Under the pieces are notes generated by a model. The model worked only from the letters and a program-made list of their open reading frames with translations. It had not been told where the DNA came from and searched no databases. The position numbers were made by a program, and so were the translations under genes. From an uncultured Candidatus Saccharibacteria bacterium (GTDB taxonomy: Bacteria > Patescibacteriota > Minisyncoccia > Phycocordibacterales > UBA12088), in NCBI GenBank assembly GCA_964567265.1, contig CAZMLK010000001.1, positions 395,723 to 459,722 on the forward strand: a stretch of 64,000 nucleotides of DNA, written 5' to 3'. Shown piece after piece: positions 51,399 through 59,521 of the stretch; positions within the stretch are counted from its first letter, which is position 1; each line of letters begins with the position of its first letter.

Positions 51399-51938
51399 AT
51401 GCCGCATACCCCGGTGAATGCAAGCGTTCCTGCAATCTATTACGGCGAGCAGTATGCAATTGAAAGGATCGTGGATGCACGCAAAGTCGAGCGTGACATT
51501 TTCAGGAGGCGTGTGGGCGGGATGATCGTCGAACCTACGGACGGGACCCTGTTCCAGTTGCTCACTCCGAATGCCGCATGGCAACATCCGGAGCGTCCTT
51601 TTTCGCTTCGGGAGTGCCTGACATTCCGGAGCGTGCCCGCATGGGACCCCTCTGATCCAGGGGGCAACCCGATCCGAGGCTTCGTTCGAGCCAATAGAAC
51701 GGAGTGGGAAGATCATATCTCTTCAGGGGCCATCCCGCTCGGGCATTTCTTGGGCGCGATCGTAGTGCCGATCCTCCCCGCCAAAGCTGGCGGAACGCCT
51801 GACCTGCTCACGACGCCTTCGATTCCCCAAAAAACAAGGAATGCCGGCGTCGACCCGGCATGGAGGGCTAGAGTCGGGTGCGCGATCATCGTCGCACTCC
51901 TTCTCTTTTACCTACTGAACCTCTTGCCCAAAAGTTAA
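51399..51938 (+). CDS. hypothetical protein with C-terminal TM anchor (179 aa)
   Basis: GAGAGGGG RBS 6 nt before the ATG. C-terminal VGCAIIVALLLFYLLNLL. Terminator downstream. No recognised motif. Confidence 0.5.
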   Translation: MPHTPVNASVPAIYYGEQYAIERIVDARKVERDIFRRRVGGMIVEPTDGTLFQLLTPNAAWQHPERPFSLRECLTFRSVPAWDPSDPGGNPIRGFVRANRTEWEDHISSGAIPLGHFLGAIVVPILPAKAGGTPDLLTTPSIPQKTRNAGVDPAWRARVGCAIIVALLLFYLLNLLPKS

Positions 51939-51968
51939 ACCCCGCACATCCATGCGGGGTTCTTTCTT
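51939..51968 (+). terminator. rho-independent terminator
   Basis: ACCCCGCA-catcca-TGCGGGGT followed by TCTTTCTTAT. Confidence 0.75.
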
Positions 51969-54777
51969 ATATGATTTTCGGAGGCGATACTGGAAGCGTC
52001 GACTCCTTGCGGTAGCGCGCGAGGATATCTTCCTCCACGAGCGAGCGCGCCTTTCCATATTTGAGATATGAGAGCTGCTTCAGCGCTTCCGCATTCTCAG
52101 GATTCCCCGCCTTCGGTGCCATTGTCCTGATATTGAACGGCTTTGCCGGCCTCCCTTCAGCGAGAATCTTGAGGTACGCGTTCCGGTTGTCGATATTCAT
52201 GATGTCGCTCGCAGCGAAGGTCGGCGCGAACTGCGGCTCGAAGAATTTCGCATCCTCGGCGCCGACGCGGAACACCGCCATCGATCCGACGTTGCCGAAG
52301 ATCGAATCCCGGATGCCCTCCTGGAGCTGCGCGATGAACTGGTGCGCCACCGTGAGCCCGAGCTTGTACTTGCGCGCTTCGGAAAGGATGGTCGAGATGG
52401 AATCGGTGGTGACATTCTGGAATTCGTCGATATAGAGATAGAACGGCGGCATCTCCTTCCCACTGCCGAACGCGTCCACGCGCGAGAGCGCTGCCATGAG
52501 GATCTTGCCGACCAGGATGAGGCCGAGGAGATTCGCGTTGATGTCGCCGAGCCGGCCCTTCGAGAGGTTCACGAGGAGGATCTTCTTCGAATCCATCACC
52601 TCGCGGAAATTGAACGCGGATTTTTCCTGCGCGATGATCGGGCGCATGTACTCGTTCGCGGTGAAGACATCGAACTTGTTCGTGATATACGGCACGATGT
52701 TCGCGAGCGATGCTTCCCCCTGTGCCTTCGTGGCGATCTCCTGCCAGAACTGGAGGACGACCGGGTTCTTGCAGTGTGAGAGCTTGAGCGCGCGATACTT
52801 CGCGTCCGCGAGGACGCGGGACACATCGAGCAAGGTCATGCCGCTCTCGGGGTGCTCGAGGACGAGCAGCGTCGCGTTGCGGAAATACTGCTCGAATGCA
52901 GGGCCCATCGACTCGGGAGAGCCGGCGTACAACTTCTTGAAGATGCTGAAAAGCTCATTGACCACGAAGGTCTTCTGTTCCGGGAACCGGGGATCGTATT
53001 CGAGCATGTTGAGGCCCATCACGCGCTCCATGTATGCGGGATCGAAGTAGATGACGTCTTCCGCGCGCTCGGGCGGGATCGCGGCGAGGATATCCTGCAC
53101 ATCGCTACCATGCGGATCGATGAAACAGACGCCTGCGCCCTCCTCTATGTCCTGGATGATCATGTTCTTGAGGAGCGTCGTCTTACCGGTACCCGTCTGC
53201 CCGATCACGTAGAAATGTCGGAGGCGATCCTCTGGCGCGAGATACGCTTTCGTTTCCGCATTACGGAATGAATTGATGCCGAGAAGCGTCCCCGTTGCTG
53301 AGAGCCCGAGCGGCGGCGGCGCGTCAGCGGATTTCGACTGCCGGAATTCGGGCGAGGATTTCACGACGCCTGTCGGGAAGTGGAGCACAGTCGCAAGCTC
53401 GCGGAGCGAAAACGGGAACGATTCGGCGGCGCCGAAATCACGGAAGGTGAAGCGTGTCAGGAGCGCACGAAGCGCGCCGCCCGTCGCCCGTACGAATTCG
53501 AAGCGATTGCCATCCGCATGATGGAATTGATGGAAGCTCGATTCGATGTCGCGAAGGATGCCTTCAGCGCGCGCCTGGTCAGTCGCGGATACCACGATGC
53601 GGACATTGACCGGCACAATGAAGGATTCCCTCTTTTTCCTGATCGCTTCAAGGGCGACCTTGTCGACAATCTTTTCCTCAGGCGCCTCTTTTGCTTCAGC
53701 CGGCTTCGAGGAGAGGAGTGCGCCTTTGAGCGCGCCGCCGATCGCGAATGCGGCACTTCCGAGAAGGCTCGATTCGACTTCGCGATACACGATCTTTGGC
53801 TTCTCACCCTTCTCGATACGCTTCTCGATGCGGAGGTAGCGCCCGAGATAATCGTCACGGCCAGGTCGGATCACGAACTGGATCGACGCACCTGCTCCCT
53901 CCTTCTCGATTTTCGAGAACGCATTCAAAAGCACTGAGAGCGGATCGACATCAAATGCATCGTAGGTTTTTATCGGATAGATCGGGAGTTCTGCAAGGCG
54001 CGCGGTCGAAGCCAGTGTCACGCCGTTCTCTACGAAGATGTTGTAGTCGCCTTTTTCCTCGCGGAGATGCGCATGCGGGAAGAGCGACAAGAGCTGCTTC
54101 TCGAACAGCTCTGCCTTGGTGGTCGGCACCGATACATAGAAGACGATTTCCTGGCTTGCTGATGAAACGGCGACTTCGAAGACGAAGACCTCGCCGGTGT
54201 CATTCTCGCGAGATCCCGTGCCGAAGAGTCCCGAATAGAATTGTTCCATCACAGAGACCAGCTCCTTGATGGTCTTCCGCTTCGCGCTTCCGGCATCCTC
54301 ATCCTGATTGATGGAAGGCAGTGTCACTTCGTACAAGGTCATGTTGAGCTCGCGCCAGACCGGCTCATTTTCCTTCACCCCCGGCACTGGATATCCGGCA
54401 TGGATGTATTGCACGAGGACGCGGTGGAAATCGTCGGCGATATGCGGGCTATCCATGCGGTCAGCGACCGTGAGCGCATTCTTGAGTCCCTTGTCGCGCA
54501 TGACGCCAAGAAGCTCGCCCATGATGGCGTCGTCCTTCTCAGGCGGCAGGTCGAGGATGATGTCATCCACTTGCTCGGCAGTGAGGATGCGTTCCTGTGG
54601 GAGCACTGATTCCGAAAGCGCGCGTCGGTATTCCTCGATATGCGCGCTTGTTGCCGCTTCCTTGGAGACCGGATAGCCGATTTCTGCCATGGCACGCTCC
54701 TTCTCCGCGATCTGGCCGCGCAGATACTGAATCTCCTCCTCAGGAGAGGAGAATTTCTCGTTCACTGGGAATTCCAT
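51967..54777 (-). CDS. VirD4/TraD-like (type IV coupling protein family) P-loop NTPase with a ~480-aa soluble N-terminal domain and no TM segments
   Basis: HFYVIGQTGTGKTTLL (Walker A), CFIDPHGSD, FYLYIDEFQNV (Walker B), RKYKLGLTVAHQFIAQL. These resemble the TrwB/TraD/VirD4 ATPase core. The N-terminal half has no motif I recognise. Confidence 0.75.
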   Translation of the reverse strand: MEFPVNEKFSSPEEEIQYLRGQIAEKERAMAEIGYPVSKEAATSAHIEEYRRALSESVLPQERILTAEQVDDIILDLPPEKDDAIMGELLGVMRDKGLKNALTVADRMDSPHIADDFHRVLVQYIHAGYPVPGVKENEPVWRELNMTLYEVTLPSINQDEDAGSAKRKTIKELVSVMEQFYSGLFGTGSRENDTGEVFVFEVAVSSASQEIVFYVSVPTTKAELFEKQLLSLFPHAHLREEKGDYNIFVENGVTLASTARLAELPIYPIKTYDAFDVDPLSVLLNAFSKIEKEGAGASIQFVIRPGRDDYLGRYLRIEKRIEKGEKPKIVYREVESSLLGSAAFAIGGALKGALLSSKPAEAKEAPEEKIVDKVALEAIRKKRESFIVPVNVRIVVSATDQARAEGILRDIESSFHQFHHADGNRFEFVRATGGALRALLTRFTFRDFGAAESFPFSLRELATVLHFPTGVVKSSPEFRQSKSADAPPPLGLSATGTLLGINSFRNAETKAYLAPEDRLRHFYVIGQTGTGKTTLLKNMIIQDIEEGAGVCFIDPHGSDVQDILAAIPPERAEDVIYFDPAYMERVMGLNMLEYDPRFPEQKTFVVNELFSIFKKLYAGSPESMGPAFEQYFRNATLLVLEHPESGMTLLDVSRVLADAKYRALKLSHCKNPVVLQFWQEIATKAQGEASLANIVPYITNKFDVFTANEYMRPIIAQEKSAFNFREVMDSKKILLVNLSKGRLGDINANLLGLILVGKILMAALSRVDAFGSGKEMPPFYLYIDEFQNVTTDSISTILSEARKYKLGLTVAHQFIAQLQEGIRDSIFGNVGSMAVFRVGAEDAKFFEPQFAPTFAASDIMNIDNRNAYLKILAEGRPAKPFNIRTMAPKAGNPENAEALKQLSYLKYGKARSLVEEDILARYRKESTLPVSPPKII

Positions 54778-54785
54778 GTGCGTCT

Positions 54786-54791
54786 ATTATA
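54786..54791 (-). promoter_or_regulatory. -10 box of the VirD4-like ATPase gene (leaderless-type)
   Basis: Minus strand: TATAAT-8 nt-ATG. Confidence 0.5.
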
Positions 54792-54825
54792 GTACGCCGC
54801 GCGCCGTCGGCGCGCGGCGGTTTGT

Positions 54826-54876
54826 GAATAGCAAGAAAGAAGCGGCCGGCATTCGCCAAAAAGGCGAATGCCGGCC
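54826..54876 (-). terminator. rho-independent terminator of the 54884 gene
   Basis: Minus strand: 14-bp stem GGCCGGCATTCGCC-ttttt-GGCGAATGCCGGCC followed by GCTTCTTTCTT. Confidence 0.75.
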
Positions 54877-54883
54877 AGAGCTG

Positions 54884-55519
54884 CTAGCGATGTCTGTCGA
54901 AGCGCGCGTCGCCAGTATCATGCGCGATAAAGAATGCGGTGTGGTTGCCGAAGAGGCATTCGCCCAACTCTCCCAGCTCCGGAATGCGCGGACGCTGGAT
55001 TGTGTAGAAGGGATCGATACCATACCGATGACGAGTCACCTTCCCTCCCGTTACCTCAAGCGCTCGCGCTACCGCATCCCATACGTGCTGCGGCACGCCC
55101 GGGTCAAGATAGTTGAGTGCCGGTACCGCTTCAGCTCTCCACCAATCGGGCCCATGTTTCGTATCGGGATGGAAAATCATCAGCTGTCGGTTGTAGATCT
55201 GGAACCCGACGAAACTGACGCACACAACCCCCACCCATCCTACGGCCGTCATGGCCGGACCCCAGGATGCGAAGATAAGGAACAGCGATGCAAGCATCAG
55301 CCACGCGAGTACTGGCCGATTGAGGTGCGCGCGGAGCAGAAATGCACCATATCGACTTTGCATCTTCGAGTACATGAAGCCCCGGCAGCAGTCACCGCGC
55401 ATGACATTGAGGCCCTGTGCCGATATGCAGGCATCGAATGCACTTCGCGTAAATAGCGAAAAGGATGGAAACCGAGGAATTGAGTCTCCGAGCAGTCTAG
55501 TGGCGATGGCGGCGGTCAT
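54884..55519 (-). CDS. hypothetical membrane protein (2 TM helices plus a ~110-aa C-terminal domain)
   Basis: GGGAGGG RBS 7 nt before MTAAIATRLL. TM helices VLAWLMLASLFLIFASW and AVGWVGVVCVSFVGFQIY. No recognised motif. Confidence 0.5.
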   Translation of the reverse strand: MTAAIATRLLGDSIPRFPSFSLFTRSAFDACISAQGLNVMRGDCCRGFMYSKMQSRYGAFLLRAHLNRPVLAWLMLASLFLIFASWGPAMTAVGWVGVVCVSFVGFQIYNRQLMIFHPDTKHGPDWWRAEAVPALNYLDPGVPQHVWDAVARALEVTGGKVTRHRYGIDPFYTIQRPRIPELGELGECLFGNHTAFFIAHDTGDARFDRHR

Positions 55520-55618
55520 GAATAGACCCTCCCAACGTGTCGAAGGCGTCTGCCTTCGATTCCATATATAAAAATGAGGCACGAGGTGCCCTGAGTCAAG
55601 CAACGCGCAGCCTATGAG

Positions 55619-56632
55619 CTACCGCTTCGCGATGATGCTCTTCTTGTAGACGTCGAGATGGTTGAGCGCGATGCCGGTCCCCTTCACCACGCAATACGGG
55701 GCCTCTTTCGCAAGAACCGCCTTCACGCCCGTGCGACGGAGCACGAGTTCCGGGAAATTGCGAAGCTGCGAGGTGCCGCCGGTCATGATGATGCCCTTGT
55801 CGATGATGTCGGAGGCAAGCTCGGGCGGCGTCTCCTGGAGCACATCCTTGATCGCCTTGATCATTTCCCGCAAGTCGCGCGCGGTCGCTTTCACGATCTC
55901 ATTCGTCTTCACTTCTGCAGTGCGCGGAAGGCCGGTCAAGAGATCCCGGCCGCGGATCGACATGATGAGTTCCTCTTCAAGAGGGACGGCCGAGCCGACC
56001 TCGATCTTTATGCGCTCAGCGGTCTTGTCGCCGATCGCGAGATTGAAGGTCTTCTTCACATAATCGGTGATCGCATGATCGAGGCGGTTCCCGGCGCATT
56101 TCACGGACGTCGAGGCGACGATGCCGCCGAGCGAGATCACGGCGACGTCGATCGTGCCGCCGCCGATGTCGACGATCATATGCCCACGCGGCTCATGGAT
56201 CGGAATGCCGGCGCCGATTGCCGCAAGAATCGGTTCCTTGACCACGTACGCATTCTTCGCACCCGCGTTCACTGCGGCTTCGACGACGGCGCGGCGCTCG
56301 GTCGAAGTGACGCCCGCTGGAACCGAGATCATCACGTCCGGGCGGAACAGCGTCCACTTCCCCATCGATTTGCGGATATAGTAGCGGAGCATCGCTTCGG
56401 TGACGCGATAATCGGCGATGACGCCATCTTTCATCGGGCGGTACGCGATGATCGATTCCGGAGTGCGTCCGATCATCTCCTTCGCGTCGTTGCCGACCGC
56501 GAGGATCTTGTTGTCGCTGACGGAGACGGCGACCACCGACGGCTCATTGAGCACGATGCCCGCGCCCGGCACGAAGACGAGTGTCGTCGTGGTCCCGAGG
56601 TCGATCCCGATTTTCTTGGTGAAAAATGACAT
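55619..56632 (-). CDS. second MreB-like actin-family protein (paralog)
   Basis: KIGIDLGTTTTLVFVPGAGIVLNEPSVVAV, DIGGGTID and MTGGTSQLRN. Start at the internal ATG of track ORF 55619..56719. Confidence 0.85.
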   Translation of the reverse strand: MSFFTKKIGIDLGTTTTLVFVPGAGIVLNEPSVVAVSVSDNKILAVGNDAKEMIGRTPESIIAYRPMKDGVIADYRVTEAMLRYYIRKSMGKWTLFRPDVMISVPAGVTSTERRAVVEAAVNAGAKNAYVVKEPILAAIGAGIPIHEPRGHMIVDIGGGTIDVAVISLGGIVASTSVKCAGNRLDHAITDYVKKTFNLAIGDKTAERIKIEVGSAVPLEEELIMSIRGRDLLTGLPRTAEVKTNEIVKATARDLREMIKAIKDVLQETPPELASDIIDKGIIMTGGTSQLRNFPELVLRRTGVKAVLAKEAPYCVVKGTGIALNHLDVYKKSIIAKR

Positions 56633-56677
56633 GGTGTCGCCTAGGCAGTATACCTGCTTGCGCTTTGCTGGTCGTTG

Positions 56678-56706
56678 TTGACATATTGGACTTAATATGT
56701 TTTTAT
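56678..56706 (+). promoter_or_regulatory. sigma70-like promoter of the 56737 gene
   Basis: TTGACA-17 nt-TTTTAT, then AGGAGG 7 nt before the TTG start. Confidence 0.4.
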
Positions 56707-56736
56707 ATCTCTCAGACAAACACAGGAGGACCTCCC

Positions 56737-57033
56737 TTGCCTAGAAATCTTGTTGCGTACATAGCAATAATCGGGGATCCGGCTCGCAAAACCGTTCGGA
56801 AGCATCAATTACCAGATACAGATACCTACTATGCTGAGGATCTCGTCGGAGAGATATTCCGTATCCCTCTTACGACCGCTGAATATGTAGTCAGTGTTGG
56901 TAATGCGCAGATGAACTATTGGCAATCCAGTCTTCACAAGACTGGAGAATTATGTTCAGGCATCCCGTGGGATATTATTGCGAGGGAAATTCTTTTGTTT
57001 CGCGACCCGAAAAATAGACCCGAGCGCCTATAA
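56737..57033 (+). CDS. hypothetical small protein (98 aa, TTG start)
   Basis: AGGAGG RBS and a terminator homologous to that of the next gene. AT-richer. No recognised motif. Confidence 0.45.
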   Translation: MPRNLVAYIAIIGDPARKTVRKHQLPDTDTYYAEDLVGEIFRIPLTTAEYVVSVGNAQMNYWQSSLHKTGELCSGIPWDIIAREILLFRDPKNRPERL

Positions 57034-57076
57034 CTCCGACGGAAGCTCCGGCTTTCGGTCGGGGTTTCTGTTTTTG
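57034..57076 (+). terminator. rho-independent terminator (repeat family copy 1)
   Basis: TAACTCCGACGGAAGCTCCGGCTTTCGGTCGGGGTTTCTGTTTTT. Confidence 0.7.
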
Positions 57077-57146
57077 GCGGCACATCCTTGACTTTATATT
57101 TGCGGATTGTACTGTTCTTTTAGAAATCCTTGGAGAGGAGAATGTC

Positions 57147-57680
57147 TTGAGACCACGTCTGCAAATAGTAGATATAGGGAATCGGACGCACGCGACGATC
57201 ATAGCGGAAGCACGACGATTGTCGGTAGGCGTGGAGATGCGCGGCAAGGAGCGGACAGCATTTGTTGGCATCGAATTCGATCTCGGAACGCTTACGATGC
57301 TTTCTCCCTTGTTCCGGCACATGGACACTCTCGGGGACGAGCCGAGAGTTTATGTCTTCAATGAGCACCTTGAAGCACCAGATCTCTGCGTCATTTTTTT
57401 GACGCACACGACTGGCACCAAACTCTTAGAGGAGATCATGGGTCGAAACGACCTTGCAGGGTTTCAATCACCCCCAGATACGACAATCTTTGCGACCGCG
57501 GAGGCAAACATCCCGATGGCGGGGTCACTTGATGACTTCCTCGCAATCTATGCTGGCAGAGGATTTGCGAAAGTACTGATCCTCGAATCACTTGATCGGG
57601 TGTCCGAGCGCGTACCCTTCTACACGTTCCCTACAGCGCCCGTATCCAGACGCAACCCCCTGGATGAAATGAAAACCTAA
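57147..57680 (+). CDS. hypothetical protein (177 aa, TTG start)
   Basis: GGAGAGGAG RBS and a terminator. No recognised motif. Confidence 0.5.
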   Translation: MRPRLQIVDIGNRTHATIIAEARRLSVGVEMRGKERTAFVGIEFDLGTLTMLSPLFRHMDTLGDEPRVYVFNEHLEAPDLCVIFLTHTTGTKLLEEIMGRNDLAGFQSPPDTTIFATAEANIPMAGSLDDFLAIYAGRGFAKVLILESLDRVSERVPFYTFPTAPVSRRNPLDEMKT

Positions 57681-57719
57681 CCCCGACGAAGCCCCGGCTT
57701 CGTCGGGGTTTCTCTTTTC
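57681..57719. terminator. bidirectional terminator (repeat family copy 2)
   Basis: CCCCGACGAAGC-cccg-GCTTCGTCGGGG followed by TTTCTCTTTT. Confidence 0.8.
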
Positions 57720-57724
57720 AAGAG

Positions 57725-58000
57725 CTATTCAATCGGGTCGACCGTGTCCACAAGCGCGGCTTCAAGGCTTACGATGCGCTCCCACGCATCCTTGTTACTC
57801 GCGGAGAGCGCGAGCATCTTCGCGGCGAAGGTCGCCTGGATGAACGGGATCACCCATGGATCCTTCTCGAACAGGTCCTTGAGGTGATCGAGCGTCTCGG
57901 CATCCTGTCCTGATTTGATCAACTCGAAGAGCATCTCCTTCTCATCCTCAAGGAGCGGGGATGTATCAATTGATTTCTTGATAGAGTCCAGCGTTTTCAT
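57725..58000 (-). CDS. hypothetical helical protein, module gene B copy 1 (91 aa)
   Basis: Paralog of 58746..59015. Shared motifs are IKKSID.S.LL..EKE, a central PW, and AAK.LA. Confidence 0.5.
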   Translation of the reverse strand: MKTLDSIKKSIDTSPLLEDEKEMLFELIKSGQDAETLDHLKDLFEKDPWVIPFIQATFAAKMLALSASNKDAWERIVSLEAALVDTVDPIE

Positions 58001-58006
58001 ACAGTG

Positions 58007-58336
58007 CTATTGGAAATCAGCCGCGTTGATTTCGAGAGATTGCTCGCCTCCGAGCTTGGCAGCGACGAGCGATACCGGGTTCCCGTCCGCGTCGACGACG
58101 TAAGTAATCGTGACTTCGCGCCCCCCGTACGTGACGACACGCTCCGCGGTCTCTCTGCCGAACTCGAATCCACTGCTCCGCTCTGCTGCAGGAGCCGTGA
58201 GCGCCCGAAGGAGCGAGGTGAGTGCTGCGCGTTCAGGCTCGCCTTCATGCAACCCGAGCACTTCTGCTTCCGCGACCTCAAGCATGGCGGGGTCGAATTC
58301 GTTTGAATATGGGATTCCCTCTTTCATAGCGGACAT
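58007..58336 (-). CDS. hypothetical protein, module gene A copy 1 (109 aa)
   Basis: Paralog of 59029..59508. Shares the N-terminal M.EGIP and a C-terminal V..T......D..G...V......L....AA.F pattern. Preceded by a TTGCAG-N17-TAGTAT promoter. Confidence 0.5.
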   Translation of the reverse strand: MSAMKEGIPYSNEFDPAMLEVAEAEVLGLHEGEPERAALTSLLRALTAPAAERSSGFEFGRETAERVVTYGGREVTITYVVDADGNPVSLVAAKLGGEQSLEINAADFQ

Positions 58337-58353
58337 AGTACCAGTATCTCGGA

Positions 58354-58382
58354 ATACTAGCGAACCGGATTTTCACCTGCAA
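58354..58382 (-). promoter_or_regulatory. sigma70-like promoter of the A1-B1 module
   Basis: Minus strand: TTGCAG-17 nt-TAGTAT. Confidence 0.5.
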
Positions 58383-58407
58383 GGTTCATGAAAAAAGCGC
58401 GGCCGGA

Positions 58408-58436
58408 TTGACAGCACTCTTGAAAAACGTTTTTAT
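58408..58436 (+). promoter_or_regulatory. sigma70-like promoter of the 58469 gene
   Basis: TTGACA-17 nt-TTTTAT, then GGAGGAGG before the ATG. Confidence 0.45.
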
Positions 58437-58468
58437 CGCATATGGAACTTGTACGGAGGAGGTGTGTA

Positions 58469-58687
58469 ATGCGAATCCACGAACTGCCGGTGCCGACAAC
58501 TCCACATGTAGACACTATTCCCTCATCGGATTGTGGTCCTGGCGACGACGAAGGCTTGCTACGCCGGGATCCGAGCCAGTGCGATCATCTCTGGATACCA
58601 ACCACCGACGACGGCACGGAAGGCTGCCCGTTCTGCAGTTCTCAGAGGCGTGGAGAGCCGGTGATGGAAGTGCCCGACGAGAGATAG
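58469..58687 (+). CDS. hypothetical small Cys-rich (zinc-ribbon-like) protein (72 aa)
   Basis: GGAGGAGG RBS. Cysteines at SDCGPG, SQCDH and GCPFC. Terminator downstream. Confidence 0.45.
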   Translation: MRIHELPVPTTPHVDTIPSSDCGPGDDEGLLRRDPSQCDHLWIPTTDDGTEGCPFCSSQRRGEPVMEVPDER

Positions 58688-58706
58688 AGAGTATTCGAGG
58701 ACCATT

Positions 58707-58737
58707 CACCGCTCCCAGGGGGCGGTGTTTTCTTTTT
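58707..58737 (+). terminator. rho-independent terminator
   Basis: CACCGC-tcccagggg-GCGGTG followed by TTTTCTTTTT. Confidence 0.7.
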
Positions 58738-58745
58738 GGAAAATG

Positions 58746-59015
58746 TTATTCGATGCTCGCGACCAGGTTCCGCTCGAATTCGAGGATGCGCATGAGCGCG
58801 TCGGAGTTCTCGTTCTCGATCGCAAGCGACTTCGCGGCGAGCGTCATGAACAGGGTCGAGACCATCCACGGATGCGCTTCGAGAAGTGCGGCGAGATCGG
58901 CGAGATACGTCTCTTCCAAATCGCCTTCAGTGAGCGCGACCAGCAAGGCCTCCTTCTCGTGCGGCAGGAGCTGCGACTCGTCTATGCTTTTCTTGATGCG
59001 TGCCTTTGGTTCCAT
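58746..59015 (-). CDS. hypothetical helical protein, module gene B copy 2 (89 aa)
   Basis: MEPKARIKKSIDESQLLPHEKEALL ... HPWMV ... LAAKSLA. Start could instead be 59045. Confidence 0.5.
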   Translation of the reverse strand: MEPKARIKKSIDESQLLPHEKEALLVALTEGDLEETYLADLAALLEAHPWMVSTLFMTLAAKSLAIENENSDALMRILEFERNLVASIE

Positions 59016-59028
59016 GCAAATGTTGCCC

Positions 59029-59508
59029 TTAGACGAATGCAGCAAGATCGAGGACCATGTCCGGCATACCCACGCGCTTCACGACAATCTTCTCCGTCGC
59101 TTCGCCGCCGTCATCGGAAGCGAGCACGGTATGCTCGACCTGCGTTCCATCTTGATATTCCTGCTCGAGCGCGCTGTGGCGCTGATTGCCACCACCAAAC
59201 GCTTTCCTCAGTACGGGCGCGAGATTGATGCGGGTTGTCCTTCCGGGAATGTAATTCGGATTCTCCTTGTAATGCGTCACTGCTGGGCGGGATTCGAACG
59301 AGGATTTATATTCCACATGCATGCCGGTGCAGGCGCTGGTCATGAGCGCGAGCGCGCCAGCTGCCGCCAGCTTCAGCTTTGAATTGCCATGTTCCGCGAG
59401 ATTGGCCTCGCCTTCTGAAAAGTGCGCGAACGATTCCGTGAACGGACCTCTCTCGACATCAGACACTTCCGCTTCAATCGGTATTTCGTTTGGGATCCCT
59501 TCGTGCAT
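59029..59508 (-). CDS. hypothetical protein, module gene A copy 2 (159 aa) with an internal lipobox-like segment
   Basis: MHEGIPNEIP ... KLKLAAAGALALMTSAC ... VLDLAAFV. Starts 13 nt after the murA stop, with CATAAT overlapping that stop. Confidence 0.5.
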   Translation of the reverse strand: MHEGIPNEIPIEAEVSDVERGPFTESFAHFSEGEANLAEHGNSKLKLAAAGALALMTSACTGMHVEYKSSFESRPAVTHYKENPNYIPGRTTRINLAPVLRKAFGGGNQRHSALEQEYQDGTQVEHTVLASDDGGEATEKIVVKRVGMPDMVLDLAAFV

Positions 59509-59521
59509 GATGTGTTCTCAA

